A stretch of 64,000 bases of DNA. Source: Eledone cirrhosa. Lineage: Eukaryota. The DNA is taken from the NCBI GenBank assembly GCA_964016885.1, contig OZ024749.1, positions 13,330,001 to 13,394,000 on the forward strand, given 5' to 3'. The notes under the pieces were generated by a model, which searched no databases, had not been told where the DNA came from, and saw only the letters and a list, made by a program, of their open reading frames with translations. Below are positions 63,178 through 64,000 of this stretch, one piece after another. Numbering within the stretch: the stretch's first letter is position 1; each line of letters opens with the position of its first letter. The position numbers were made by a program, and so were the translations under genes.

Positions 63178-64000
63178 TAACATTATTTTAGAAATTAATT
63201 TAATTTAAATGTTATTTAACCTATAAATTTAATTTAATTAAAATTTTATTACAGATGAGAATATAAAATATTATGTAATCATAAATTGTGAAAAACCTTT
63301 AAATATTACTAATATATACTTAGTAATTTAATTTATAGATTAATTTTAATTTATTTAAACCTTTTATTATAATTCTTTTACAGATAAAATATAACAAAAT
63401 AATATCGTGTATCCAATGACAGAGAAATAATTTTTAGTATTATAGACCTAATTAATATACATTTTAGAAATATATTTATAATTTGGTTTTAATTTTAATC
63501 AACCTAAAAATTTAATTTTAATTTGCTTAAAATTAGTATCCTTATACAGACGAATTGCAGAAAGTCATGTAATCATAGAATGGGATGTGTTTTGGATATA
63601 TACCTAGTTAATATATTCTATGCAATTTTTTGAAAAAGATATGTATATGTATATGTGTATGTGTATGTGTGTGTGTATGTATATGTGTATATATGTATAT
63701 ATATATATATGTGTATATATATGTATATATGTTTGTGTATGTATATGTATATGTATGTGTATTAATTTTGATGTCTATTTGCATATAATTATATTATGCT
63801 ATTGATAAAATACAATATCTGTTTTATGTATTATATACCTAATTAACATATACTATAGAAATAAATATATAATTTTTAATTTAGTTAACCTATAATTTAT
63901 ATTCTACTACCGATGTAATACTTTATTTTATTTGTTTTTTCCCTATTACTAAATTCATTTCCTAATATTGATACCATAACGTTATTAACTTTAATTTAGT

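Overview
Eukaryotic, very repeat-rich, gene-poor window. It is probably animal and most like a coleoid cephalopod such as Octopus; this is inferred from the SINE families, the (TA)n/(CA)n/(CAT)n load and (TTAGGG)n. Almost all listed ORFs are microsatellite translations, and no host gene can be supported. Real coding remnants are non-LTR retrotransposon fragments (R4/Dong-like RLE, CR1-group, RTE) and four Penelope-like element (PLE) RT/GIY-YIG pieces. One PLE forms a near-perfect 3.6-kb palindrome (55590-59220). The main hidden signal is about 20 type I hammerhead-ribozyme (HHR) motifs read by eye (CUGANGA-stem II-GAAA-stem III-UH-stem I), most in short islands between (TA)n tracts. Many have a palindromic stem III, and several have a greatly extended stem II (up to ~110 nt). 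Three sit in a 3.6-copy tandem array of a 608-bp unit (52138-54309) that looks like a retrozyme / circular-RNA-derived insertion. Structures were paired manually, not computed, and boundaries are approximate.
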